Source: a virus (Duplodnaviria > Heunggongvirae > Uroviricota > Caudoviricetes). From it: DNA of 9,467 nucleotides. The stretch is taken from the IMG/VR virus record IMGVR_UViG_2695420579_000007; one strand, written 5' to 3'. Positions 1 to 6,957 of this stretch are shown here, one piece after another. Positions within the stretch are counted from its first letter, which is position 1. Each line of letters starts with the position of its first letter. The position numbers and the translations under genes are program-made. A model generated the notes under the pieces. The model worked only from the letters and a program-made list of their open reading frames with translations. It did not search any database and had not been told where the DNA came from.

Positions 1-162
1 AAACACTATCAATAAGTTGGAGTCATTACCAAACGGTTGAAATGTATGCCGCTACTTACGGGTCCTGTAATCCTCTGAATAAACCAGAGGGAAAAGATGA
101 TTTCGACAAAATTTACCGCTTCTTGGAGGACCGCTATATCAAAAGCTTAGAGGACGCAGGGA

Positions 163-540
163 TCAAATCCCCAGTGAAGTCACCATTGTCCTGAGAACTT
201 GCAGAACGTCATGATCATAACTTCCATCCAAACCGCGACGGCGAATTGCTTCTCGTATTACCGGAAGCAGTTCGCTGGAAATCTCGGTGCATATTTCACC
301 TGATAATACGCTTGGCTCAAGTGAGAATATTGGTGAACTTACGGTCTTGGTCTCGACAGTTTCAGAGTCAGTGCCAACATTATAAAGCTCAACGAAAGCG
401 GTCTTGATTTTCCGGGCCAGATCTTTTGCTGGCTCGCTTGCAATATCTTTCCCGATTTCTCGCAGCACAGAATGCAATGTATGAGCTGCTGTTTTCTGTA
501 CATCAGACGGTAAATCTTTAAATTCCATCGTCAGCCTCAT
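163..540 (-). CDS. hypothetical protein (125 aa; possibly 121 aa from ATG at 528), distal gene of a two-gene early-left cassette
   Basis: ORF in track. Start ATG at 540-538 overlaps the upstream stop (TGATG); an internal ATG at 528 has a better SD (GAGG about 7 nt upstream). Acidic protein with no motif I recognise. Same strand as and downstream of the OL-like operators. Confidence 0.5.
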   Translation of the reverse strand: MRLTMEFKDLPSDVQKTAAHTLHSVLREIGKDIASEPAKDLARKIKTAFVELYNVGTDSETVETKTVSSPIFSLEPSVLSGEICTEISSELLPVIREAIRRRGLDGSYDHDVLQVLRTMVTSLGI

Positions 541-746
541 CAGTCAGTGTTTCTGGCTAACCAGCAACGCGCGCCAGATTCGGTTTTAAACGTTTTGCTT
601 TTGGTATACGTCATGGCGGTAAACGTTCCATCCTGGTTAGGGAACACGCCGCACACCAGAGATTCGTTGTTGCCAAGATCGATAGTATCCATGCTGACCT
701 CATTTCCCCTTAACGCCGGGGTGGCGGAACAAAAAACCTGCTGCAT
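540..746 (-). CDS. small hypothetical protein (68 aa as drawn; more likely 50 aa from ATG at 692)
   Basis: ORF in track. ATG at 746 has a weak RBS; internal ATG at 692-690 is preceded by GAGGT with a 4-nt spacer. Stop TGA (542-540) overlaps the start of the 125-aa gene, suggesting translational coupling. No recognisable family. Confidence 0.4.
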   Translation of the reverse strand: MQQVFCSATPALRGNEVSMDTIDLGNNESLVCGVFPNQDGTFTAMTYTKSKTFKTESGARCWLARNTD

Positions 747-873
747 AGTTAAAGATTGAACCCTGCCGTCATGTTCTTACGCCTCGGGCTGGCTACTTAA
801 CCCCTGACCACTGTCTGGTAACTCGAAGTATTGCCCTGCATTCTGTGGGGCGGGGTGGGTTGACGCCTGAAAC

Positions 874-915
874 AATAGCATCATTATTTTTTTTGATGTA
901 AATAGCATCGCTATT
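874..915. promoter_or_regulatory. OL-like operator pair, probable early-left promoter region
   Basis: Two 15-bp dyads: AATAGC-ATC-ATTATT at 874-888 and the perfect dyad AATAGC-ATC-GCTATT at 901-915, 27 bp centre to centre. Same consensus (AATAGY-N3-RCTATT) as the two dyads between the divergent regulator genes at 2012-2051. Lies between the terminator and the leftward cassette. Confidence 0.5.
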
Positions 916-930
916 GTTTTTTGTTGGGGC

Positions 931-955
931 AAGAAAAAACCACCCTAAGGTGGTT
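931..955 (-). terminator. Rho-independent terminator of the regulator-antitoxin-toxin operon
   Basis: On the minus strand: stem AACCACC / GGTGGTT with a 4-nt loop (938-955), followed by a U-run (TTTTTTCTT, reverse complement of 931-939). Begins 17 nt after the toxin stop at 972. Confidence 0.55.
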
Positions 956-971
956 CTGTCGGCGGGAATAA

Positions 972-1262
972 TTAACTGTTTTTGCCTGGATACTGTCTTC
1001 GAGAATGCACAATATTTACTACTTCTATGCTTGATGCTGTTACTCGGTAAAGGATGATGTAGTTAGGATGAGTTACAATTTCACGAAGACCAAGAACTCG
1101 CTCGCTTGGAGGATACAGGTAAGGATGCTCTGTGAGCGGCAAAACGGATGTTTCAATTCGAATTTTCATTCTGCGTGCTGCCGCGGGATTTTCTTTAGCT
1201 ATGTAGGCTACGATCTGGCGCAAATCATCACGAGCAGATGGTAGCCATAAAACGGGTAACAT
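972..1262 (-). CDS. parE: ParE/RelE-fold type II toxin (96 aa), ParE2-like
   Basis: 96-aa ORF with the characteristic C-terminal region (LREIVTHPNYIILYRV...IEVVNIVHSRR). Start overlaps the upstream antitoxin stop (TAATG). Third gene of a regulator-antitoxin-toxin operon, as in the paaR-paaA-parE systems of E. coli O157 prophages. Confidence 0.85.
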   Translation of the reverse strand: MLPVLWLPSARDDLRQIVAYIAKENPAAARRMKIRIETSVLPLTEHPYLYPPSERVLGLREIVTHPNYIILYRVTASSIEVVNIVHSRRQYPGKNS

Positions 1263-1456
1263 TATTCACCTCTGTGAGTTGCAGCAGCAATTTGGGCAAT
1301 AATTTGTTCCATTTCCGCCATTACCTCATCATGCGGAATCGCCGGGCGGGGATCCGCGAGGCTTGCTGCTACTTTGGCCCGCAGCCATTCGTTGTAACTA
1401 TTTTCTTGCTCAACTGTCTCAAATTCTGAAACCATTGGGGAAAGGACTGTACTCAT
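1262..1456 (-). CDS. paaA: PaaA-like antitoxin (64 aa)
   Basis: Small acidic protein (SPMVSEFETVEQENSYNEWLRAKVA...) immediately upstream of and overlapping the ParE-like toxin gene. AGGAGA SD about 12 nt upstream of ATG 1456. Closely matches PaaA2 antitoxin as I recall it. Confidence 0.8.
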   Translation of the reverse strand: MSTVLSPMVSEFETVEQENSYNEWLRAKVAASLADPRPAIPHDEVMAEMEQIIAQIAAATHRGE

Positions 1457-1475
1457 TTTACATATCTCCTCTGAT

Positions 1476-2006
1476 TTAGGCGCGACGGCCTTTTTGTGCA
1501 GCTAACCACCGCGCAACCGTACGATCCATTGATTCTTTTTTATCTTTCATCTCCTGAAGCATGTGTTCTTGATCTTCTTTCGGAAAAGCTCTGAACGTAT
1601 GGATTAAATCTCGTTCCATCGGCTCTACGGCAAACGGTAGTTCATCCTCTGTTTGTTCTGTGTCTGCTGGTAATGCGACTATGTTATCTTGCTGTGGTTC
1701 TCGACAATACATCCTTGCAATTTGCAGCAAATCTACCATGTCTGGCCTGATTGACTCAGGGGGAACTTTCAGTAAGCCAGCAAACTTTAGAACAGCCTCA
1801 AGGTTTAGTGGGGTTTGACCATTTAGGTAGTGACTTACCGCCCCTTGTGTTGAAAACCCCATAATTTCCGCCGCACGTTCCTGAGTCAATCCCAACTGAG
1901 ATTTCTTTGCCATCCAGATTTCTTTCAGTCTTCTGGCGGCGTTGAGGTCGGTGTCTGACAATGATTTTCTTTTCATACATCCAATTCTAATAAGATTGCT
2001 AATCAC
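1476..2006 (-). CDS. paaR: CI-type HTH (XRE-family) transcriptional regulator, PaaR-like prophage repressor (176 aa; start possibly at the internal Met 11)
   Basis: N-terminal HTH (LTQERAAEIMGFSTQGAVSHYLNG). No S24 peptidase-like C-terminal domain recognisable. First gene of the operon and divergent from the Cro-like gene across an operator-bearing intergenic region. Confidence 0.75.
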   Translation of the reverse strand: MISNLIRIGCMKRKSLSDTDLNAARRLKEIWMAKKSQLGLTQERAAEIMGFSTQGAVSHYLNGQTPLNLEAVLKFAGLLKVPPESIRPDMVDLLQIARMYCREPQQDNIVALPADTEQTEDELPFAVEPMERDLIHTFRAFPKEDQEHMLQEMKDKKESMDRTVARWLAAQKGRRA

Positions 2007-2087
2007 TTTGAAATAGTATCACTATTTACTTTTAAAAATAACAGTGCTATTAATTATGCATTGGTAACACATCACATAGGGCGGATT
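2007..2087. promoter_or_regulatory. OR-like divergent promoter/operator region
   Basis: Perfect dyad AATAGT-ATC-ACTATT at 2012-2026 and near-dyad AATAAC-AGT-GCTATT at 2037-2051, 25 bp apart. Candidate rightward promoter: -35 TTTACT (2025-2030), 17-nt spacer, -10 TATTAAT (2048-2054) overlapping the second dyad. Candidate leftward extended -10 (TGaTACTAT, minus strand) overlapping the first dyad. Confidence 0.45.
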
Positions 2088-2351
2088 ATGAATCTTGGAG
2101 AATATTTGCATCATTTTCATATAACCCAGAGTTCATTTGCTGAGATTGTTGGCGCATCCCAAGGGATGGTCAGCCACGTTATAACGGGGCGTGCAAAACT
2201 TACAGGAGAAAAAATATTACGTTGGTGTGAAGCAACGGGATGGGTGGTGACCCCACATGAGATTGACAGTAAAACCTACCCCAACCCAACTGACGGCTTG
2301 CCTGCTGAGTTTCAGGCTAACACACAACCATCGGCGGGGGTTGATTCATGA
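2088..2351 (+). CDS. ydaS: Cro-like HTH protein (YdaS family), 87 aa
   Basis: Track ORF begins at TTG 2061; I prefer ATG 2088 (MNLGEYL...), which has an SD-like AGGGCGG upstream. HTH segment QSSFAEIVGASQGMVSHVITG. Stop overlaps the next gene start (ATGA at 2348-2351). Confidence 0.7.
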   Translation: MNLGEYLHHFHITQSSFAEIVGASQGMVSHVITGRAKLTGEKILRWCEATGWVVTPHEIDSKTYPNPTDGLPAEFQANTQPSAGVDS

Positions 2352-2773
2352 AAATCAAGCATGAACACATCCGCATGGCGATGAAAGCCTGGGCGCATCC
2401 GGACGGTGAAAAAGTTCCGGCAGCTGAAATAACCAGGGTTTATTTCGAACTGGGAATGACGTTTCCGGTTCTGCATAACGACAGCAAGCACAACACGCTT
2501 TATCTCAACACCCAAAAGATTTTCCGTTGGCTGGATAAAGACACCCCTGACGCTGTTGAAAAAATTCAGGCGTTGTTACCTGCGATCGAAAGGGCAATGC
2601 CACCTCCGCTGGTGGCTCGAATGCGCAGCCACAGTTCAGCTTATTTTCGGGAACTGGTGGAGACGCATGAACGACTGGTGAGAGACGCTGATGATTTTGT
2701 CGCAGTGGCAATCGCCGGTTTCAATCAGATGAACCGTGGTGGCCCGGCAGGAAATGCTGTGGCAGTACATTGA
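2348..2773 (+). CDS. ydaT: YdaT-like protein (141 aa), proposed CII-type regulator of Rac/CP-933P-like prophages
   Basis: N-terminus MKIKHEHI... matches the YdaT family as I recall it. Translationally coupled to the Cro-like gene. Sits where cII sits in lambda. Confidence 0.75.
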   Translation: MKIKHEHIRMAMKAWAHPDGEKVPAAEITRVYFELGMTFPVLHNDSKHNTLYLNTQKIFRWLDKDTPDAVEKIQALLPAIERAMPPPLVARMRSHSSAYFRELVETHERLVRDADDFVAVAIAGFNQMNRGGPAGNAVAVH

Positions 2774-2844
2774 CTGACAATAGCCATATCGAATCGCTCC
2801 CGGCAACTCGTGAGTAAAAAGATTCGGTATCAGAAGAGGTGAGT

Positions 2845-3909
2845 ATGGCTAACGCCTGGCTCAGATTATGGCATGACATGCCAAATGACCCTAAGTGGCG
2901 AACAATTGCCAGGGTGTCAGGGCAGCCAATTGCAACAGTGATGGCAGTGTATATCCACCTCCTGGTGAGCGCGTCACGAAATGTCACGCGAGGTCACATT
3001 GATGTCACGACAGAAGATTTGGCAAGTGCGCTCGACGTGACAGAAGAGGTAATTGATTCAATTTTGCAGACGATGCAGGGGCGGGTACTTGATGGTGATT
3101 TAATCACTGGATGGGAAAAACGCCAGGTGCTTAAAGAGGACAACGGCAATATTTCGCAAACCGCAAAATCTCCTGCAGAGCGCAAGAGGGCGCAGCGAGA
3201 GAGGGAAAGAAAGCGGGAACAAAATGGCGATTGTCACGGCGCGTCACGAAATGTCACGCACATGTCACGACGAGTCACGACAGATACAGATAAAGATACA
3301 GATAAAGAAGATCAAAACACTATGGTCCATGGCGTAAAAAACGCCACGAACCAGGCAGGGGATGTTCAGACCGTCAATCCTGGTCAGCCAGCAGGCTCGA
3401 CACCGGAAGCCGATTCAGCGTATGCGCTGAAAGCCGATTCGGGCGCTGTGCAGCAGGTGATGACCGCAAGGCCGGAGCAATCACTCCAACTGCAGCAGCC
3501 TGAAGCCGATTCCGCCATTCAGCGGGAAGCCGATCGGGTAGCCCCGGAAAACACCGGGCAGCCTGTGGGACGAGTGGATTATCCGGATGTGTTCGAACAG
3601 GTCTGGCGGGAATACCCGTTGCGTGCCGGGGCAAACCCGAAGAAATCCGCATTCAGTGCCTGGAAGGCCAGATTGCGCGAGGGGGTGCCACCAGAGACCA
3701 TGCTGGATGGTGTGAGGCGTTACGCGAGATACCTGGCGGCGACCGGGAAAGCGGGAACGGAATTTGTTCAGCGAGCGACGACGTTTTTTGGGCCGGACCG
3801 GAATTTTGAAAACCCCTGGTTGCTCCCGGTAAGCGGCACGAACAACCAGCGTTGTGTGAATCATATTTCTGAACCGGATACCGAAATTCCGCCGGGATTC
3901 AGGGGGTGA
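2845..3909 (+). CDS. phage replication initiation / replisome organiser protein (O-like), about 354 aa
   Basis: Track ORF starts at GTG 2839; ATG 2845 has GAGGTGA 7 nt upstream. Basic linker (AERKRAQRERERKRE). Two iteron clusters inside the gene. Ends IPPGFRG, 6 nt before the DnaC-like gene. A paralogous C-terminus is seen at 7429-7698. Confidence 0.8.
   Translation: MANAWLRLWHDMPNDPKWRTIARVSGQPIATVMAVYIHLLVSASRNVTRGHIDVTTEDLASALDVTEEVIDSILQTMQGRVLDGDLITGWEKRQVLKEDNGNISQTAKSPAERKRAQRERERKREQNGDCHGASRNVTHMSRRVTTDTDKDTDKEDQNTMVHGVKNATNQAGDVQTVNPGQPAGSTPEADSAYALKADSGAVQQVMTARPEQSLQLQQPEADSAIQREADRVAPENTGQPVGRVDYPDVFEQVWREYPLRAGANPKKSAFSAWKARLREGVPPETMLDGVRRYARYLAATGKAGTEFVQRATTFFGPDRNFENPWLLPVSGTNNQRCVNHISEPDTEIPPGFRG
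2971..3041. repeat. iteron cluster A: four direct GTCAC(G/A) repeats in helical phase plus one inverted copy
   Basis: GTCACG at 2973, 2983 and 3004 and GTCACA at 2993 (spacings 10, 10, 11 bp); inverted CGTGAC at 3036-3041. The 19-mer GCGTCACGAAATGTCACGC (2971-2989) recurs exactly at 3241-3259. Confidence 0.55.
3233..3306. repeat. iteron cluster B (five phased GTCACG repeats) followed by an A-rich 12-bp tandem duplication; candidate replication origin
   Basis: GTCACG at 3233, 3243, 3253, 3264, 3274 (spacings 10, 10, 11, 10 bp), then GATACAGATAAA twice (3283-3294 and 3295-3306). Iterons plus an adjacent A-rich stretch inside the initiator gene parallels lambda ori inside gene O. Confidence 0.5.
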
Positions 3910-3915
3910 TGTGGC

Positions 3916-4662
3916 ATGAAAAACATTGCGGCAGCCGGGGTTCTTGAACGTATTCACAGACTTGCACCACAGGGGGCGGTTCCACCGTACCGGACGGTGG
4001 AGGAGTGGCGGGAATGGCAACTTGCTGAAGGACGAAAACGCAGCGAGGAGATTAACCGCCAGAATCGCCAGTTGCGGGTGGAAAAAATCCTGAATCGTTC
4101 GGGCATCCAGCCTCTGCACAGCAAATGCTCGTTTGCGAATTATCAGGTGCAGAACGACGGGCAAAAATACGCGCTGAGCCAGGCCAAATCCATAGCTGAC
4201 GAACTGATGACCGGGTGCACGAATTTTGTGTTCAGCGGTAAAACCGGCACCGGGAAAAATCACCTTGCAGCGGCGATGGGTAACCGGCTGATGGCGAAGG
4301 GGCGCAGCGTGATTATCGTCACCGAGTCTGATGTCATGAGCGTGTTGCATGACAGCTACGACAACGGCAAATCCGGTGAAAAATTTTTACAGGAGCTTTG
4401 CGGGGTTGATTTGCTGGTCCTGGATGAAATAGGCATTCAGCGGGAGACGAAAAACGAGCAGGTGGTATTGCACCAGATAATTGATCGCCGGACAGCATCA
4501 CTGTGCAGTGTCGGGATGTTAACAAACCTGAATCATGCCGCAATGAGCACGCTTCTTGGTGAGAGGATTATGGACCGCATGACCATGAACGGTTGTCGGT
4601 GGGTGACGTTTAACTGGGATAGCTGGCGTTCAAATGTCAGCTTTCCGGGAGTTGTGAAGTAA
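3916..4662 (+). CDS. DnaC-like helicase loader (IstB-like AAA+ ATPase), prophage replication protein, 248 aa
   Basis: Walker A (SGKTGTGKNHLAAA) and Walker B (LLVLDEIG) motifs. SD GGGGGTGA upstream of ATG 3916. Follows the O-like gene by 6 nt. Confidence 0.9.
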   Translation: MKNIAAAGVLERIHRLAPQGAVPPYRTVEEWREWQLAEGRKRSEEINRQNRQLRVEKILNRSGIQPLHSKCSFANYQVQNDGQKYALSQAKSIADELMTGCTNFVFSGKTGTGKNHLAAAMGNRLMAKGRSVIIVTESDVMSVLHDSYDNGKSGEKFLQELCGVDLLVLDEIGIQRETKNEQVVLHQIIDRRTASLCSVGMLTNLNHAAMSTLLGERIMDRMTMNGCRWVTFNWDSWRSNVSFPGVVK

Positions 4663-4683
4663 TTTTTGTTGGAGGATGTTTTA

Positions 4684-5409
4684 ATGGAAACTGTATTTGA
4701 CGCACTGAAAGCACTGAAAAGAGCCTCTTCACATGTGGTGGCGTCCCGCCTTGGAATCAGCCGTGAAGATGCGGTCAACGAACTGTGGAAACTGAAGCGC
4801 CGTGGTGAAGCGGATAACAAGGGTTCGATGTGGTGGCTGATTCAGGCTGGTGAAAGTGAACCAGTGTCACCGGTACCGAAAGTGACAGCGCAAATGCTGA
4901 CTGAGGCGATTGAACAACATGGCCCACAAACGGCGGATGAGCTGGCACTGATGTTCGGGATTACCTCCCGCCGGGCGAATTCATCGCTGGCCATGGCAAT
5001 CAGCAAAGGGCGTCTGATTCGCGTGAATCAGGGCGGTAAATTTCGGTACTGCATACCGGGCGCTGATTTACCGGCAGAGCCGAAAGCCGCATCCATAGCG
5101 GAAACGGATGGTAAAGTCTTTCCTCAGCCAGCAGGTGTTGCGTTACCGGTACAGGAAGCTGCAACACAGGAAGAAATTAAAACAGAAACTGTGGCGGACA
5201 TTGTGCAGTCGTTGCCATCGTTCACCGAAACGCAAGCGGATGACCTGGTTTTACCATCGCTGCATATGGCAAACCGCGAACTGCGTCGGGCGAAAAGTCA
5301 TGTCCAGAAGTGGGAGCGTGTCTGCGCCGCGTTGCGGGAGCTGAACAAGCACCGGGATATTGTTCGACAGATTGTCGATTCCTCCGGTCGTATTGTGTCG
5401 GAAAAGTGA
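4684..5409 (+). CDS. hypothetical protein, possibly winged-helix, 241 aa
   Basis: Track ORF starts at TTG 4666; ATG 4684 has GGAGGA 9 nt upstream. Follows the DnaC-like gene. No catalytic motif recognised. Confidence 0.6.
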   Translation: METVFDALKALKRASSHVVASRLGISREDAVNELWKLKRRGEADNKGSMWWLIQAGESEPVSPVPKVTAQMLTEAIEQHGPQTADELALMFGITSRRANSSLAMAISKGRLIRVNQGGKFRYCIPGADLPAEPKAASIAETDGKVFPQPAGVALPVQEAATQEEIKTETVADIVQSLPSFTETQADDLVLPSLHMANRELRRAKSHVQKWERVCAALRELNKHRDIVRQIVDSSGRIVSEK

Positions 5410-5424
5410 TTGCCGGGGGCGCTT

Positions 5425-5556
5425 ATGGCAAAAGTATTTACACAGGAAGAGCGGGAAAAAATTAAGGGGCAGGTTGTTGAACTCGTACGCCAGAGTGGGC
5501 GCGAGACGTTACGACAACGCTCCGATGGAAAGCTTCTGGGGAACGCTGAAAAATGA
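5425..5556 (+). pseudogene. truncated 5' fragment of a small gene (31 native codons), fused out of frame to IS600-derived sequence
   Basis: ATG 5425; MAKVFTQEEREKIKGQVVELVRQSGRETLRQ is native up to 5518, then reads IS600 interior to a stop at 5554-5556. 5467-5518 is identical to 9052-9103, where the rest of the gene continues after the N gap. Confidence 0.6.
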
Positions 5557-5756
5557 GAGCCTGAGCCACTATCGTTTTAATAACCGGGATGAAGCCATCT
5601 CAGTAATACGGGAATACATTGAGATTTTCTACAATCGTCAGCGTCGTCACTCTCGTCTGGGGAATATCTCCCCGGCAGCCTTCAGGGAAAAATATCATCA
5701 GATGGCTGCTTAAAAAAAGAACAAATGGTAGTGTCCGCTATTGCCAGTACACCTCA
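5519..5756 (+). mobile_element. partial IS600 copy: 238-bp right-end fragment in inverted orientation relative to the complete IS600
   Basis: Exact reverse complement of 5758-5995, ending in the IS terminus ...CCTCA at 5756. Carries the last 65 codons of the transposase frame. Its inner boundary is an IS-interior position, not an IS end, so it is not a simple transposition product. Confidence 0.8.
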
Positions 5757-5800
5757 NTGAGGTGTACTGGCAATAGCGGACACTACCATTTGTTCTTTTT

Positions 5801-6619
5801 TTAAGCAGCCATCTGATGATATTTTTCCCTGAAGGCTGCCGGGGAGATATTCCCCAGACGAGAGTGACGACGCTGACGATTGTAGAAAATCTCAATGTAT
5901 TCCCGTATTACTGAGATGGCTTCATCCCGGTTATTAAAACGATAGTGGCTCAGGCTCTCATTTTTCAGCGTTCCCCAGAAGCTTTCCATCGGAGCGTTGT
6001 CGTAACAGTTACCTTTACGCGACATTGATGTTTTCAGACCAGACTGCTCCTGTATGACCCGGTAATCGTATGCGCAGTACTGTGAACCTCGATCAGAGTG
6101 GTGGATTAGCCCGGCAGGTGGGCGCTGGCTCCTGAGCGCCATAAACAGGGCTTTACCTGTCAGCTCTTTTGTCATGCGCTCTCCCATGGCGTAGCCGACA
6201 ATTTCGCACGTATAAACATCTTTGATGCCAGCGAGGTACAACCATCCCTCCTGTGTGGCAACATACGTCAGGTCCGCCACCCAGACCTGATTTGGTGCTG
6301 TAGGAGCGAACGTCTGGTTCAGCAGATTTGGCGCAACTGGCAGATTGTGGTTCGAGTTCGTAGTCGCTCTGAACTTGCGTTTCTGCTTACAGCGTAGCCT
6401 TAGCTCCTTACGAAGACGTGCCAGTCGGTCACGACCAACGATGATGCCATTCTCTGCCAGCTCCGTCTGGAGCCGCCGGGTTCCATATGTTTCGCGAGTG
6501 CGGATATGTGCCACCTTAATCTCCAGTTTTAGCCGCTCATCACTTTGTTTTCTGTCTGAGGGTTCATGCTGTACCCAGTTGTAATAACCGCTCCTGGATA
6601 CACCAAATACCTGACACAT
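5801..6619 (-). CDS. IS600 OrfB (DDE transposase catalytic domain), 272 aa as an independent ORF; expressed as OrfAB fusion by -1 frameshifting
   Basis: The OrfB frame is open upstream of ATG 6619 back through the slippery site. Frame is -1 relative to OrfA. Confidence 0.9.
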   Translation of the reverse strand: MCQVFGVSRSGYYNWVQHEPSDRKQSDERLKLEIKVAHIRTRETYGTRRLQTELAENGIIVGRDRLARLRKELRLRCKQKRKFRATTNSNHNLPVAPNLLNQTFAPTAPNQVWVADLTYVATQEGWLYLAGIKDVYTCEIVGYAMGERMTKELTGKALFMALRSQRPPAGLIHHSDRGSQYCAYDYRVIQEQSGLKTSMSRKGNCYDNAPMESFWGTLKNESLSHYRFNNRDEAISVIREYIEIFYNRQRRHSRLGNISPAAFREKYHQMAA

Positions 6620-6654
6620 CGCTTCAATGGGAAATTGTTGTCGCCATTGTTCGA

Positions 6655-6957
6655 TTAACGCGTATTTTTCAGCGACTCCTGTGCAAAATACGCTGTTGCT
6701 TTTTTTAATATATCTCGCTCAAGGCGAGCTTCATTTAACGCCTTACGCAGTTGCAGAATTTCAGATTCCAGTTCAGCCACCGTGCGGGAACCAGGAGTAC
6801 CGAGCCCTTTTCTGGCGGCGGTAACCCATTGTCCTAAAGTGCCTTCAGGAAGAGATAATCGGGAAGCGCCTTCACTGATCGAAAGTTGATTTTCAAGAAC
6901 CGTTCTGACAGCTTCGGCTTTGAACTCTTTAGAGTAACGTTGGGTTTTTCTGCTCAT
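6655..6957 (-). CDS. IS600 OrfA (IS3-family transposase N-terminal HTH protein), 100 aa
   Basis: 100-aa ORF with HTH and leucine-zipper-like C-terminus (LRKALNEARLERDILKKATAYFA). Contains the frameshift heptamer near its 3' end. Confidence 0.9.
   Translation of the reverse strand: MSRKTQRYSKEFKAEAVRTVLENQLSISEGASRLSLPEGTLGQWVTAARKGLGTPGSRTVAELESEILQLRKALNEARLERDILKKATAYFAQESLKNTR
6700..6706 (-). promoter_or_regulatory. programmed -1 ribosomal frameshift slippery heptamer (A AAA AAA, then G) of IS600
   Basis: Minus strand reads TTA AAA AAA GCA in the OrfA frame. The -1 frame is open from here into OrfB (...ILKK then SNSVFCTGVAEKYALIEQWRQQFPIEAMCQVFG...). Confidence 0.6.

Noticed and set aside
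547-759. 70-aa plus-strand ORF overlapping the small leftward gene
   Set aside because: No convincing RBS and hydrophobic, low-complexity composition. The leftward gene has an SD-supported start and operon context, so this is most likely an antisense artefact.
844-860. G-rich tract GTGGGGCGGGGTGGG upstream of the OL-like operators
   Set aside because: Only three closely spaced G-runs, so not a canonical four-tract G-quadruplex. No supporting structure or coding signal; most likely part of the early-left leader.
1238-1429. 63-aa plus-strand ORF and the 60-aa minus-strand ORF at 1798-1980
   Set aside because: Antisense or alternative-frame ORFs inside the well-supported antitoxin and regulator genes, with no independent start signals.
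3481-4350. 289-aa ORF on the minus strand
   Set aside because: Lies antisense across the O-like C-terminus and the DnaC-like gene, which have strong motif support. The protein is Arg/Pro-rich and low-complexity, typical of a spurious antisense frame in GC-rich coding DNA.
5360-5895. ORFs of 117 aa (5360-5713) and the mirrored 61-aa pair (5619-5804 plus, 5710-5895 minus)
   Set aside because: The 117-aa ORF is a chimera of an out-of-frame stretch of the 241-aa gene with the duplicated IS600 transposase 3' end. The 61-aa pair simply spans the palindrome axis and contains the ambiguous base.
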